The notes: a model not told the origin generated them from the letters alone. 64,000 nt of DNA from Malacoraja senta (GCA_038087875.1 JAXLNO010000362.1:1-64000), one strand, 5' to 3'; counted from the stretch's first letter, positions 35,808 through 49,009 are shown. Translations and numbers: made by a program.

Positions 35808-36112
35808 TTTAGTTTAGTTTAGAGATACAGCACGGAAACAGGCCCTTCGGCCCACTGTGTCCATGCCGACCAGCGATCCCCACACACATATACTATCCTG
35901 CACACACTAGGGACAATTTACAAATATACCAAGCCAATTAACCTGCACACCTGTATATCTTTGGAGTGTGGGAGGAAACCGGAGCACCTGAAGAAAACCC
36001 ACGTAGGTTATGGGATGAACTTGCCAACTCCGTACCGACAAGCACCCACAGTGAGGATTGAACCTGGCTCTCTGGTGCTGTGAGGCACCAACTCTACCGT
36101 TGAACCACTGTG
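35808..36112 (-). mobile_element. HE1-like V-SINE
   Basis: Same head, V-domain and (TAAAC)n tail as 11398-11706. Confidence 0.88.
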
Positions 36113-36943
36113 TGCCCCCCTTAAAACTCCTTATTGGTAATACTCTCTAATCTAGGCAGCATTCTGCACCCTGACCACATCCTTCCTGTAATGGGGTGAC
36201 CAGAACTGCACACAATGCTTCAACTAATTGTATCTAATCTTCCTCATCTTAGAAGAGGAGAGAGGAAATACAGGAAAGATGTTGTCAAGCAGGAAAGGGT
36301 GCAGAGAAGATTTATGAGGATGTGGCCAGGACTAGAGGGCCTGAGCTATAGGGAAAGGTTGAGCAGGCTGGGACTCTCTTCCTTGGAGCGCAGGAGGATG
36401 AGGGGTGATCTTATAGAGGTGTTTAAAATCATGAGAGGAATAGATCGGGTAGACGCACCGAGTCTCTTGCCCAGAGTAGGTGAATCGAGGACCTGAGGAG
36501 TAGGTTCAAGGTGAAGGGGAAAATATTTAAAATGAATCTAGGGGGTGACTTTTTCATACAAAGGGTAGTTGTTGTATGGAATGAGCAGCCAGAGGAGGTC
36601 GTTGAGGCTGGGACTATCCCAGTACTTAAGAAACAGACAAGCACATGGATAGGACAAGTTTGGAGGGATATGGGCCAAACATGGGCAGGTGGGACTAATG
36701 TAGCTGGGACATGTAGGCTGTTGAAAGCAAGTTGAGCTGTTCTCATGCTGTATCACTCTATGACTCTATGAACCCATGGCTTTATAACTCTATGGCTCTA
36801 TGAGAAGGCAGGAGAATGGGGTTAGGAGGGAGAGATAGATCAGCCATGATTGGATGGTGGAGTAGACTTGGCTATTCGACAATGTAATTCTGCCCCTATC
36901 ACTTATGAAGTTTTGAGGGACGTGTTAGTGTGTGTCTACTCAC

Positions 36944-37225
36944 ATTCTACAGTGAGGGTCACACCCCTCTCTGCTGTCCCGTGTTCATTCTCCGCCACAC
37001 ACTGATAGACCCCAGCGTTCTGCCGTGTCAGCTGAGGGAACTGCATCCACAGCTTGTTGCTGGAACATGTTGTGTTCAGCGTGACACCGAGATGTCCCCA
37101 CGTCAGGTTAGATGCTGGGAAACTCTGGACGGAGCAGAGGATCGCTGCAAAGTTTCCTTCCTTTACAATGACCCGGGAACTGTTCGCATCATCGTGGGAA
37201 GTGATTGAGAGATTTTGTGGAGCAT
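36944..37225 (-). CDS. Siglec/MAG-like receptor, intact C2-type Ig exon
   Basis: YAPQNLSITS...AILCSVQSFPASNLTW...AGVYQCVAENEHG...TLTVE. Acceptor tctttag, donor T|gtgagt, phase 1/1. Confidence 0.93.
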
Positions 37226-37254
37226 CTAAAGACAAACAAAGGTTTAAACTGTCA

Positions 37255-40200
37255 ATCTATTCCCCTCATGATCTTTTCACCTCTATAAGATCACCCCTCA
37301 TCCACCTGTGCTCCAAGGAATAGAGACCCAGCCTGCTCAACCTCTCCCTGTAGCTCAGGCCCTCTAGTCCTGGCAACATTCTCAGAAATCTTCTCTGAAC
37401 CCTTTCAAGCTTGATAATATATTTCCTGTAACATGGTGCCCAGAACTAAACACAATATTCTAAATGTGGTCTCACCAACATCTTATACAACTGCAACATG
37501 ATCACCCAACTTCTATACTCAATACTCTGACTGGTGAAGGCCAGTGTGCCAAAAGCCTTTTTGACCACCCGATCTATCTGCGACTTGACCTTCAAGGAAC
37601 CTTGCACCTGCACTCCTTGATCCCTCTGCTCTACAACACTCCCCAGAGGCCGACCATTTACTGTGTTGGTGCTGCTCTTGTTAGACGTCCCAAAATGCAA
37701 CATCTCACATTTGTCTGATTTAAGTTCAATTAACCATTCATCAGCTCATCTGGCCAATGATCAAGTTCCTGCTCTCTGATCTTACATTTAGTGTTCTTTA
37801 TCTCTCTAGATAGAAACATAGAAACATAGAAAATAGGTGCAGGCCATTCGGCCCTTCGAGTCAGTACCGCCATTCATTGTGATCATGGCTGATCGTCCAC
37901 TATCAATAACCCGTGCCTGCCTTCTCCCCATATCCCTTGACTCCACTAGCCCCTAGAGCTCTATCTAACTCTCTCTTAGATCCATCCAGTGACTTGGCCT
38001 CCACTGCCCTCTGTGGCAGGGAATTCCATAAATTCACAACTCTCTGGGTGAAAAAGTTTCTTCTCACCTCAGTCTTAAATAACCTCCCCATTATTCTAAG
38101 ACTGTGGCCCCTGGTTCTGGACTTGCCCAACATTGGGAACATTTTTCCTGCATCTAGCTTGTCCAGTCCTTTTACAAGTTCATATGTTTCTATAAGATCC
38201 CACCTCATCCCTCTAAACTCCAGTGAATACAAGCCTAGTCTTTTCAATCTTTCCTCATATGACAGTCCCGCCATCCCATCAAGCTCGTGAACCTACGCTG
38301 CACTGCCTCAATCACAAGGATGTCCTTCTTCAAATTAGGAGACCAAAACTGTACACAATAATCCAGATGTGGTTTCACCAGAGCCCTATGCAGAAGAACC
38401 TCTTTACTCCTATACTGAAATCCTCTTGTTATGAAGGCCAACATTCCATTAGCTTTCTTCACTGCCTGCTGTACCTGTAAGCCAACTTTCAGTGACCGGT
38501 GTACAAGGACGCCCAGGTCTCGCTGCACCTCCCCCTTACCTAACCTAACCCCATTGAGATAATAATCTGCCCCCTTGTTTTTGCCACCAAAGTGGATAAC
38601 CTCACATTTATCTATATTATTCTGCATCTGCCATGCATCTGCCCACTCACTCAACCTGTCCAGGTCACCCTGCAACCTCCTAACATCCTCTTCACAGTTC
38701 ACACTGCCACCAAGCTTTGTGTCATCCGCAAACTTGCTAGTGTACATCATCGTCTGTATCCATCATTTACCTTATCCCTAACCGGCTTGAAGAAGGGCCT
38801 CGACCCGAAATGTCACCCATTCCTTCTCTCCAGAGATGCTGTCTGTCCCGCTGAGTTAGTCCAGCTTTTTTGTGTCTATCTTCAGTACGAATGTAAGCTG
38901 GCCAATAATGTAAAAGAGGATACCAAGAGTTTCTATGGATATATATATATAGAGTAAAAAAAGAGGCAAGAGTGGACGTTGGGCCGCTGGAGAATGATGC
39001 AGGAGAAATCAAGAAATGGAAAAGGAATTGAATAACTGTTTTGCATCAGCCTTCACCGTGGAGGACACCATTAGTGTGCATGCAATCCTAGAGAGACAGT
39101 GGGTGGAAGTTAGTGGAGTGGCGATTACTAAGGAGAAGGTGCTAGGAAAACTGAAAGGTCTGAGGATGGATAAGTGACCTGGACCAGATGGACTGCACCC
39201 CGGGGTTCTGAATGAGGTGGCCTCAGAGATTGTGGAGGCATTAGTTGTGATATTTCAAGAATCACTAGAGTTAGGAGTGGTTCATGAAGATTGGAAATTT
39301 GCGAATATCATCCCGCTATACAAGAAGGGATGAAAGCAGAAGAGCAGAAACTATAGGCCGGTTAGCCTGACTTCAGTGGTTCGTAAGATTTTTGAGTCAA
39401 TTGTAAAGGAAGAGGTTACGCAGTACTTAGAAGTTCACGATAAAATGGACCGAAGTCAGCATGGTTCTGTGAAGGGAAAATCTTGCCTGACAAATCTGCT
39501 GGAGTTCTTTGAGGAAGTTAATACCAGGACAGACAGAGGGGTGGTTGTGGATTAAAGAAAGCAGTGAAGAAAGCAAATGGCATGTAGGCCTTCAAAGCGA
39601 GAGGATTTGAGAAAAGGAGCAAGGTGGGCCTTCTGCAGTTGTACAGGGCCCTCATGAGACCACACCTGGAGTATTGTGTGCAGTTTTGGACACCTAATTT
39701 GAGGAAGGACATTCTTGCTATTGAGGGAGTGCAGCGTGGGTTCACCAGGTTAATTCCTGGGATGGCAGGACTGACATATAAGGAAATAATGGTTTGACTA
39801 GGCTTGTATTCACTGAACTTTAGGATGAGAGGGGATCTTAAAGAAACATAGAACATTTCTGAAGGGATTGAACAGCCTAGAAGCAGGAAAAATGTCCCCG
39901 ATGTTGCGGAAGTACAGAACCAGGGGCCACAGTTTAAGAATAAGGGGTAGGCCATTTAGGACTGAGTTGAGGAAAATCATTTTCACCCGGAGAGTTGTGA
40001 ATTTGTGGAAATCCTGCCACAGAAGGCAGTGGAGGCCAATTCACTGGATGTTTTCAAGAGAGAGTTAGAATTAGCTCTTAGGGCGAACAGAATCAAGGGA
40101 TATGGGGAGAAAGCAGGAATGGGCTACTGATTTTGGATGATCAGCCGTGATCATTTTGAATGGCGGTGCTGCTTGGAAGGGACGAATGGCCTACTCCTGC

Positions 40201-41180
40201 ATCTATTTTCTATGTTTCTTTACCTAGATTTTCTGAAAGTCTTCAATAAGGTGCCGTACGTGAGGCTGCTGGGGAAGATGAGAACCCATGGTATTAAAGG
40301 GAAGATACTAGCATGGATAGCAGATTGGCTCAATGGCAGTAGTCAAAGAGTTGCAATTAAAGGAGCTATATCATGTTGGCTGCCAGTGACCAGTGGAGTC
40401 CGCAGGGGTCGGTGCTGAGGCCGCTTCTCCTAATGTTGTATATTAATGATTTGGATAAGGGGATTGAAGGCTTTGTGGCCAAGTTTGCAGATGATACTAA
40501 GGTAGGTAGCGTAGAGAAAGCAAGGACTCTGCAGAAGGGCTTGGACAGGTTAGTAGAGTGGGCAGAGAAGTAGAAGATGAAATTCAGTATTGCAGAGTGT
40601 GAAGTCATGCATTTTGGTAATAAGAGTAAAGGTGTAGAGTATTTTCTAAATGGAGAGAGAATCCAGAAATTGGAGATGCAAAGGGACTTGGGAGTGCTGG
40701 TGCAGGACGAGCAAAAAGTTAATTTGCAAACCGAATCGGTAGTAAGGAATGCAAAGTCAATGCTTGCATTTATATCAAGAGGTCTGGAATACAAAAAACA
40801 GGGATGTACTGCTGAGGCTCTATAAGGGGCTGGTCAGGCCGTATTTGGTATGTTGTGAGCAGATTTGGGCCCAGTATCTGAGGAAGATGTGCTGGCCCTG
40901 GAAAGGGTCCATTGGAGGTTGACAAGAATGATTCCTGGAATGAGTGGGTCAGCATATGATGAGCGCTTGACAACACTGGGCCTCTACTCACTGGAGATCA
41001 GAAGGTTGAGGTGGGGACATTGAAACTTACAGAATAATGAAAGGCATAGATAGAGTGGATGTGGAGAGGATGTCTCCACTGGTGGGAGAGTCTAGGACCA
41101 GTGGTCATAGCCTCAGAATTAAAGGGCACTCTTTTAGAAAGGAGGTGAGGAAGAACGTCTTTAGTCAGCAGGTAGTTAAT
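37255..41180. mobile_element. Array of CR1 fragments of several subfamilies, both strands
   Basis: FADDTKL, LVRPHLEYCVQFW and VTSGVPQGSVL motifs recur throughout. Confidence 0.9.
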
Positions 41181-44100
41181 CAGGGGCCTCGGAGCATTTT
41201 TGAAAGTGGGGGGGCTGAACGATCACTGATCACTGGCCTTGGGGGTACCCGGTGAGGGAATGGAGCGACTTAGTGGGAGGAGGGTGTGAGAGGGGGGTGC
41301 CCCCTCTCCCACGGTAGGGACCTTTTGAAATTTGATGCATTAAAATCATGTTTTAGTGCATTGTAGAAGTATGGTTTCAATGTTTTTTGTTTGAAGTACT
41401 TTTAAGATATTATAGGGCCCACATCAGAGATAGGAGCAGGTGATTATTATTTTTGTTATTGCTCGACCTCCAAAAACTGGCCGATAATAATACAGGCCAC
41501 CCCCCACCTCAAAAAGTGGGGGCATATATCCCGCATCCCCCTCCCCCCCCCCCCATCCCTGGATCGACGCCAGTGCCTTACACGGTACAGGAAATTTGAC
41601 AGAAAAACTTTTAAATATGTTCTAATTTCAAGTGCTATTTTTTTTGTTTGTAGTTGGAAAAAGGGACAAGAAATAATCATAACATTTCCTGTCTTAAAAA
41701 TTATGTTTTGCTCGGGGAAAAATTCAGAGTATTTTGAAAGTATGCGTTGTCCTTTTGACGTATATATCATTTTGATTTGAATTTAGAATCATCAAACCAT
41801 GACAATAATAAATGGGGTATATGTTTGTGGAAACATGACTTTTTTTTTAAATAAAGAGTTTTGATAAATCTAAAATGCATTAGAAATATACATTTCAATT
41901 CACTCTCGTGCCCAGAGTAGGTGAATCGAGGACCAGAGGACAGAATCAAGGTGAAAGGGATAAGATTTCATAGGAATCTGAGGGGTAACATTTTCCACAC
42001 AAAGGGTGGTGGGTGTACGGAACAAGCTGCCAGAGGAGGTAGTTGAGGCAGGGACTACCCCAACATTGTATTGTATATCTTTATTGTCATTTCCTGAGTA
42101 TTCGCATACCCAGAGGAAACAAAAAAACGTTCCTCAACCAGTGTCCATTTCAGTGTGCAATAAAAAATAAATAGAAGTAAAAATACATATATCATGAACA
42201 AATTAACACTCTACTCTACTAAACATCAACAGGCGTTCCGATCGGCAGCGGCACGACAGTGGCTCTGCTGCAGTGTGTCCAGGTTGGTGGTTGGTGCACG
42301 ATACTTTGGCAGGGGACAAAGTCCGTTTATCAGTCTTATAACCTGCGGGAAGAAGCTGAGGAGCATCCTGCTGGTTTTGTACCTAATGCTCCGGTACCTC
42401 TTCCCAGATGGCAGGATGGAGAATATGTGATGCCATGGGTGGTAGGGGTCTTTGATGATGGAGATGGCTCTGCTGATATAGTTAGAAATAGTTAGACTGA
42501 TACATGGATAGGACAGGTTTGGAGGGATATGGAACAAAAGCAGGTAGTGTGGATGGGACATGTTGGCGGGTGTGGGCAAGTTGGGCCGAAGGACCTATTT
42601 TCACACTGTATCACTCTATGACTACAGTATACCTCCACCATGCATGAATGCTTTAATATCAAGTGGTCGAGTTTTATTGCCATATATTCAAGCATGAGCA
42701 AGTTACATAGAAACATAGAAAATAGGTGCAGGAATAGGCCATTTGGCCCTTCGAGCCAGCAGTGCCATTCAATATGATCATGGCTGTTCATCTAAAATCA
42801 GTACCCCTTTCCTGTTTTTTCCCCATATCCCATGATTTCACTAGCCCCAAGAGCTTAATGTAACTCTCACTTGAAAACATCCAGTGAATTGGCCTCCACT
42901 GCCTTCTGTGGCAGAGAATTCCATAGATTCACAACTCTCTGGGTGAAGAAAGTTTGTCCTCATCTCAGTCCTAGATGGCCTACCCCTCATTCTTAAACTA
43001 TGACCCCTGGTTCTGGACACCCCCAACATCAGGAACATTTTTCCTGCAGTTACAGTAAGTGAAAATCTGACAGGCCCTTCTTCGGACTGAGAGTCGGGGA
43101 GTTGGAAACGAGATATAAACGGCACAAATAAATGAAAGATATGCAAAAGCAACGATGATCAGGTAAAACATCGAGCCCACAATGGTCCATTGTTGGCTCT
43201 GGGGTAGGTGATAACGAGGTATACAGGCAATGAAACTCAAGAGGACAACAGTAAATAAAAGACGTAACTCACCTGAAACGTCACCTACCCTTGTCCTCCA
43301 GGATTCAAGGCCTGAGCTACAGGGAGGTTGGGGCAGGCTGGGACTCCTTGGGGTGCAGGAGGATGAGGAGTGATCTTATAGAGGTGTGCAAAATCATTCG
43401 GAGGAATTGATCAGGTAGACGCTCAGAGTCTCTTGCCCAGAGTAGGGGAATCGAGGACCAGAGGACATAGATTTAAGATGAGAGGGGAGACGATTTAATG
43501 GAACGTGAGGGGTAACTTTTATCAACATAAAGGTGGTGGGTGTATGGAACGAGCTGCCAGAGGAGGTAGTTGTGGCTGGGACTATCCCAACATTTAAGAA
43601 ACAGTTGTACAGGTACATGGATAGGACAGGTTTGGAGGGACATGGGCCAAACGGAGGCATGTGGGACTAGTGTAGGTGGGGCATGTTGTCCGGTTGACTC
43701 TATCTACACCTCACGCTGCTTTGGCAAGGCCAGCACCATAATCAAGAACGAGTCGCTCCCCAGCAACTCCCTCTTCTCCCCTCTCCCATCGGTCAAGAGG
43801 TAAGAAGTGTGAAAACGCATACCTCCAGATTCAGGGACAGTTTCTTCCCAGCTGTTATCAGGCAACTGAACCATCCTACCACAACCAGAGAGCAGTCCCG
43901 GATTAATCTTTGATTGGACTTTACTGTCTTTTTCTTGCACTAAACGTTATTCCCTTATCTTGTATGTGTACACAGTGGATGACAGTATTGTAATCGTGTA
44001 GACACAAAAAGCTGGAATAACTCAGCGGGACAGGCAGCATCTCTGGAGATAAGGAATGGGTGTCGTTTCGGGTCGAGACCCTTCTTCAGACTACAGGGAG

Positions 44101-45356
44101 AGGTTGAGCACGCTAGGATTCTATACTTAGGTTTAAGATGAGGGGGAGAAGATTTAATGGATTCTGAGGGGTAACTGTTTCCATGCAGAGGGTGTTGAGT
44201 GTATGGAACATAGAAAATAGATGCAGGAGGAGGCCATTCGGCCCTTCGAGCCAGCACCGCCATTCATTGTGATCATGGCTGATCGTCCCCAATCAATAAC
44301 CCTGCCTGCCTTCTCCCCATATCCCTTGATTCCACTAGCCCCTAGAGCTTTATCAAACTGTCTCTTAAATCCATCCAGTGGTTTGGCCTCCACTGCCCTC
44401 TGTGGCAGGGAATTCCATAAATTCACAACTCTCTGAGTGAAAAAGTTTATTCTCATCTCAGTCTTAAATGGCCTCCACTTTATTCTAAGACTGTGGCCCC
44501 CTGGTTCTGGACTCGCCCAACATTGGAATTTTTTTTCCTGCATCTAGCTTGTCCAGTCCTTTTATAAGGAATGAGCTGCCGGAGGAGGTAATTGAGGCTG
44601 GGACCATTGCAACGTTTAAAAAACAGTTGGACAGGTAACATGGATAGGACTTGTTTGGAGGGATATGGGCCGAAGTAGGGCAGGTGGGACTAGTGTAGAT
44701 GGGGCTCGTTGGCCGGTGTGGGCAAGTTGGGCCAAATGGCACATTACCATGCTGTAAGACTCTATGACTCTAAAGATGCTGCCTGACCCACTGAGTTGCT
44801 CCACTACTTTGTGTTTAAGCAACGTGAGGAGTGACGATACATAGAGGGGGGCATTGAAGGTTTCTGGGTGGAAAGACCAATATAATCCAACAATGTCAGG
44901 CAGAGCTGAGACAGGCTACATACAGGTGGGGAACACAAAAGACTGTAGATGTGGGCGGCATTGTGGCGCAGTGGGTAGAGCTCCTGCCTCACAGCGCCAG
45001 AGACCCGGGTTCAATCCTGACCACCGGTGCCTTTCTGTACGGAGTTTGCACGTTCTCCCCGTGACCTGCGTGGGTTTTCTCCAAGATCTTGAGGATGTGT
45101 GTGTGTGTGTGTGTGTTTGAGTGAGTGAGTGAGTGTGTGTGTGAGATAGAGAGAGATAGAGTGGCGATTGTTTGTGAGAGAATGTGTGTGTGTTTGAGTG
45201 AGTGTGAGTGTGTGAGCGACAGAGTGTGTGTGTGAGAGATGATGTTCATGTGTGTGTGTGAAAGAGTGTGTGTGGGTGTGTAGTGAATTCCAGCAACTCT
45301 CATGGGCCAATAAACCATCTGCCTTTACATAGACATGACAGTGTGTGTCTACTCAC

Positions 45357-46052
45357 ATTCTACAGTGAGGGTCACATCCCTCTCTGCTGTCCCGTGTTCA
45401 TTCTCCGCCACACACTGATAGACCCCAGCATCCTTCCCTGTCAGCTGAGGGAATTGAAAAGACTAGGCTTGTATTCACTGGAGTTTAGAAGGATGAGGGG
45501 GTATCTTATAGAAACATATAAAATTATAAAAGGACTGGACAAGGTAGATGCACAGAAAATGTTCCCAATGTTGGGCGAGTCCAGAACCAGGGGCCACAGT
45601 CTTAGAATAAAGTGGTAAAACTTTTTCACCCAGAGAGTTGTGAATTTGTGGAATTCCCTGCCAAAGAGGGCAGTTGAGGCCAAGTCACTGGATGGATTTA
45701 AGAGAGAGTTAGATAGAGCTCTAGGGGCTAGTGGAATCAAGGGATATGGGGAGAGGGCAGGCACGGGTTATTGATTGGGGACGATCAGCCATGATCACAA
45801 TGAATGGCGGTGCTGACTCGAAGGGCCGAATGGCCTCCTCCTGCACCTATTTTCTATGGCTATGTCTATGTCCATCCACAGCTCGTTGCTGGAACATGTT
45901 GTCTTCAGCATGACACCGATGTCTCCATGTCAGGTTAGACGCTGGGAAACTCTGGGCGGAGCAGAGGATCGCTGCAGAGTTTCCTTCCTTTATACTGACC
46001 CAGGAATTGTTCGCGTTGTTGGGGGAAGTGATTGAGAAATTTTGGGGAGCGT
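45357..46052 (-). pseudogene. Disrupted Ig exon (paralog of exon 36944-37225)
   Basis: YAPQNFSITS...ASNLTWRH, then a 2-nt deletion relative to the paralog and a CR1 3' fragment at 45454-45870. Acceptor ttgcag and donor gtgagt remain intact. Confidence 0.9.
45454..45870 (+). mobile_element. CR1 3' fragment inserted inside the Ig exon
   Basis: KRLGLYSLEFRRMRG to the ctatg tail; the flanks rejoin as gctgagggaa|tccatccacagc of the Ig exon. Confidence 0.92.
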
Positions 46053-46214
46053 CTGCAAACAGAACAAAATTCTGCAACCAGTTTTGCGGCATTTTCGGTA
46101 ATCCTTGTAAAAGACTTTAGTCTTCAGCCTTTAGAGATACTCTGCGGAAATAGGCCCTTCAGCCCAACGAGTCTGCACCGACCATCGATCACGCATTCAC
46201 ACACTAGTTCTATG

Positions 46215-46725
46215 TTTAGGGAAATGAGAGATATAGACGATGGTGTAGAGAGATTTAGAACAAAGAATGAAAGATATGCAAAAAGTTAACAATGATAAAG
46301 GAAACAGGCCGTTGTTAGCTGTTTGTTGGGTGAAAACGAGAAGATGATGCGACTTGGGTGGGGGAGGGATGGAGAGAGAGGGAATGCCAGGGCTACCTGA
46401 AGTTAGAGAAATCAATATACATACCACTGGGCTGTAAACTGCCCAAGCAAAATATGAGATGCTGATCCTCCAATTTGCATTTAACCTCACTCTGACAATA
46501 GTGGAGTCCGAGGACAGAAAGTTCAGTGTGGGAATGGGAAGGAGAATTAAAGGGTTTAGCAACCAGGAGATCAGGTAGGTCCGACATCTCTCTACATCAT
46601 CGTCTATATCTCTCGTTTCCCTTTCCTGTAACTTTCAGTCTGAAGAAGGCTCTCGACCTGAAACGTCACCCATGCCTTCTCTCCACAGATGCAGCCTGTC
46701 CCGCTGAGTTTCTCCAGCTTTTGGT
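46215..46725. mobile_element. Penelope-like fragment (minus) with an inverted terminal repeat and hammerhead motif at 46640
   Basis: PFNSPSHSHTELSVLGL...QHLIFCLGSLQPSGMYIDFSNF. Confidence 0.72.
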
Positions 46726-46929
46726 TTCATTATTACGGGTGTCAGAGGATATGAGGAGAAGGCGGAAGAAAGGGGTTAGGAGAGAGAGATTGATCAGACA
46801 TGATTGAATGGCGGAGTAGAGTTGATGGGCCGAATGGCCTAATTCTGCACCTATCGTCTATGACCTTATGTACCAGCACTGCTAATAGATTATTGCTGTT
46901 CCTGCACAATAAACAATTTCCATACTTAC

Positions 46930-47223
46930 ATTGCACAGTCAGTGTCAGGGTCTGCTCCGATGACACAGTTGGGTATCTGACTCTGCAGGTGAGGTTTTGC
47001 CCGTGATGTTTGAACACTGGGGTCAGGGACAGAACAGAAGTATATGTCAGAGTGTCACCCTGCTGAGTTACGCTGTGTGAGGCTGACGGTGGTTCATCAG
47101 TGGGGGTGACCCAGGTTAAGGTGGGTGCCGTTCCATTACACGTGGTGTTGAAGGAGCAGGTCATGTTCACAGGCTTTCCTGCCACCAATTCAGCAGGGAA
47201 TATCGTGGGTTTATCCGTGAAAT
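46930..47223 (-). CDS. Siglec/MAG-like receptor, Ig domain 2 (C2-set) exon
   Basis: DFTDKPTIFPAELVAGKPVNMTCSFNTTCNGTAPTLTW...HHGQNLTCRV, with the extra Cys expected for the Siglec D1-D2 disulfide. Acceptor gtgttag, donor T|gtaagt. Confidence 0.95.
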
Positions 47224-47679
47224 CTAACACACAGAGAAACAAATACTTTTAGTTAAATATCACTGGATACATCGGTTCACATCGAAATCCCAGGCCCACA
47301 CGAGCAAGGATGTTTTTACATGGTATAGAAGTGTGAAAACGCCCACCTCCAGATTCAGAGACAGTTTCTTCCCGGCTGTTATCAGGCAACTGAATCATCC
47401 TACCACAACCAGGGAGCGGTCCTGAACTACTATCTGCCTCAGCAGAAAGACTATACATGATTACAATCGAGCCATTTGCAGTGTATGGATACGTGATAAG
47501 GGAATAATGTTTAGTGCAAGGTAAAGCCAGCAAAGTCTAATCGAGGATAGTCCGATGGGTCACTAGTGAAGTCGACAGTAGTTCAGCACTGCTCTCTGGT
47601 TGTCGTAGGATGGTTCAGTTGCCTGATAACAGCTGGGAGAAACTGTTGAGTGAATGAGTGAATTATACAGAGCACTTAC

Positions 47680-48045
47680 CAGTAACACTGAGCTGTGTCA
47701 CAGGGTGGAAGTTGTAACCATTTCCCCCTCCGAAATCAACTCTGAAAAAATAAGGACCTGCATCTTGCTGCGTGACGTTGTCTATAACCAGGGAACAGTC
47801 GTTGTCTCTCAGGACTCCTGACAGCCGGGTCCGATGCTGAAACTTTGTTGATTCTAGACTGGGATTCCCGGAGTGGAAGGCTACAGAATCTTTGTTCTGC
47901 ATTACACTGTTATACCAGATTCCAGTCCGTGGTTTATTGTTCAGGTTCGACGGGTACGTGTAGTGACACGGAATCCGTGCACACAAACCATTCTGCGCTG
48001 TCACAGCTCCGGGATTGTCCGCACTCCACTGTCCCGATATCACGG
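47680..48045 (-). CDS. Siglec/MAG-like receptor, V-set Ig domain exon
   Basis: GLCARIPCHYTYP, NDCSLVIDNV and DAGPYFFRVDF show the Siglec cysteine pattern and the F-strand Arg. Acceptor ctcctcag, donor G|gtaagt, phase 1/1. Confidence 0.95.
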
Positions 48046-48180
48046 CTGAGGAGAGAAGGAACAATCTTTAGCAGTGAACACCCTGTCAGTTCACTGGACT
48101 TTCCACACCTTGTATCCTGCGCTGTGGACCTGGTGTGAACAGAGGGTAGAAGAGCAGCATGGTGGCGTAGTGGTAGAGTG

Positions 48181-48937
48181 GCCCTCCTCACCGCCCCTCC
48201 CACAGTGTATCACTCCTCACCGCCCCTCCCACAGTGTATCACTCCCTCCTCACCGCCCCTCCCAGTGTATCACTCCCTCCTCACCGCCCCTCCCACAGTG
48301 TATCACTCCCTCCTCACCGCCCCTCCCACAATGCATCACTCCCTCCTCACCGCCCCTCCCACAGTGTATCACTCCCTCCTCACCGCCCCTCCCACAGTGT
48401 ATCACTCCCTCCTCACCGCCCCTCCCACAGTGTATCACTCCCTCCTCACCGCCCCTCCCACAGTGTATCACTCCCTCCTCACTGCCCCTCCCACAGTGTA
48501 TCACTCCCTCTTCACCGCCCCTCCCACAGTGTATCACTCCCTCCTCACCGCCCCTCCTACAGTGTATCACTCCCTCCTCACTGCCCCTCCCACAGTGTAT
48601 CACTCCCTCCTCACCGCCCCTCCCACAGTGTATCACTCCCTCCTCACCGCCCCTCCCACAGTGTATCACTCCCTCCTCACCGCCCCTCCCACAGTGTATC
48701 ACTCCCTCCTCACCGCCCCTCCCACAGTGTATCACTCCCTCCTCACTGCCCCTCCCACAGTGTATCACTCCCTCCTCACCGCCCCTCCCACAGTGTATCA
48801 CTCCCTCCTCACCGCCCCTCCCACAGTGTATCACTCCCTCCTCACCGCCCCTCCCACAGTGTATCACTCCCTCCTCACCGCCCCTCCCACAGTGTATCAC
48901 TCCCTCCTCACCACCCCTCCCACAGAGCATCACTCCC
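48181..48937. repeat. 33-bp minisatellite, about 23 copies (ccctcctcaccgcccctcccacagtgtatcact)
   Basis: Direct reading; 11-aa periodicity in all overlapping ORFs. Confidence 0.97.
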
Positions 48938-48969
48938 CGTAAACACTTCTGAGTTGCTGCTGATGGTAC

Positions 48970-49009
48970 CTTGGAGAAGGGAGAGGAGGAAGAACGATCT
49001 CCCCATCAT
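48970..49009 (-). CDS. Siglec/MAG-like receptor, coding exon 1 (signal peptide MMGRSFFLLSLLQ; whole exon 48970-49051)
   Basis: Acceptor ttctcttccag ends at 49052, ATG at 49009, hydrophobic run, phase-1 donor G|gtacca. Joins the next exon to give MMGRSFFLLSLLQAVISG-QW. Confidence 0.85.

Noticed and set aside
41181..41576. Possible small TIR transposon (caggggcctcgg...gacgccagtg)
   Set aside because: Termini match poorly and no TSD is visible.
47680..48045. Assigning a gene symbol (MAG, CD22 or CD33)
   Set aside because: Motifs establish the Siglec family only; orthology needs phylogeny and synteny.
48202..48890. Repeated CACAGTG heptamers beside a V-type exon, suggesting V(D)J recombination signals
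   Set aside because: No ACAAAAACC-like nonamer at 12 or 23 nt; they lie upstream of V; the V exon already includes its G strand and a splice donor.
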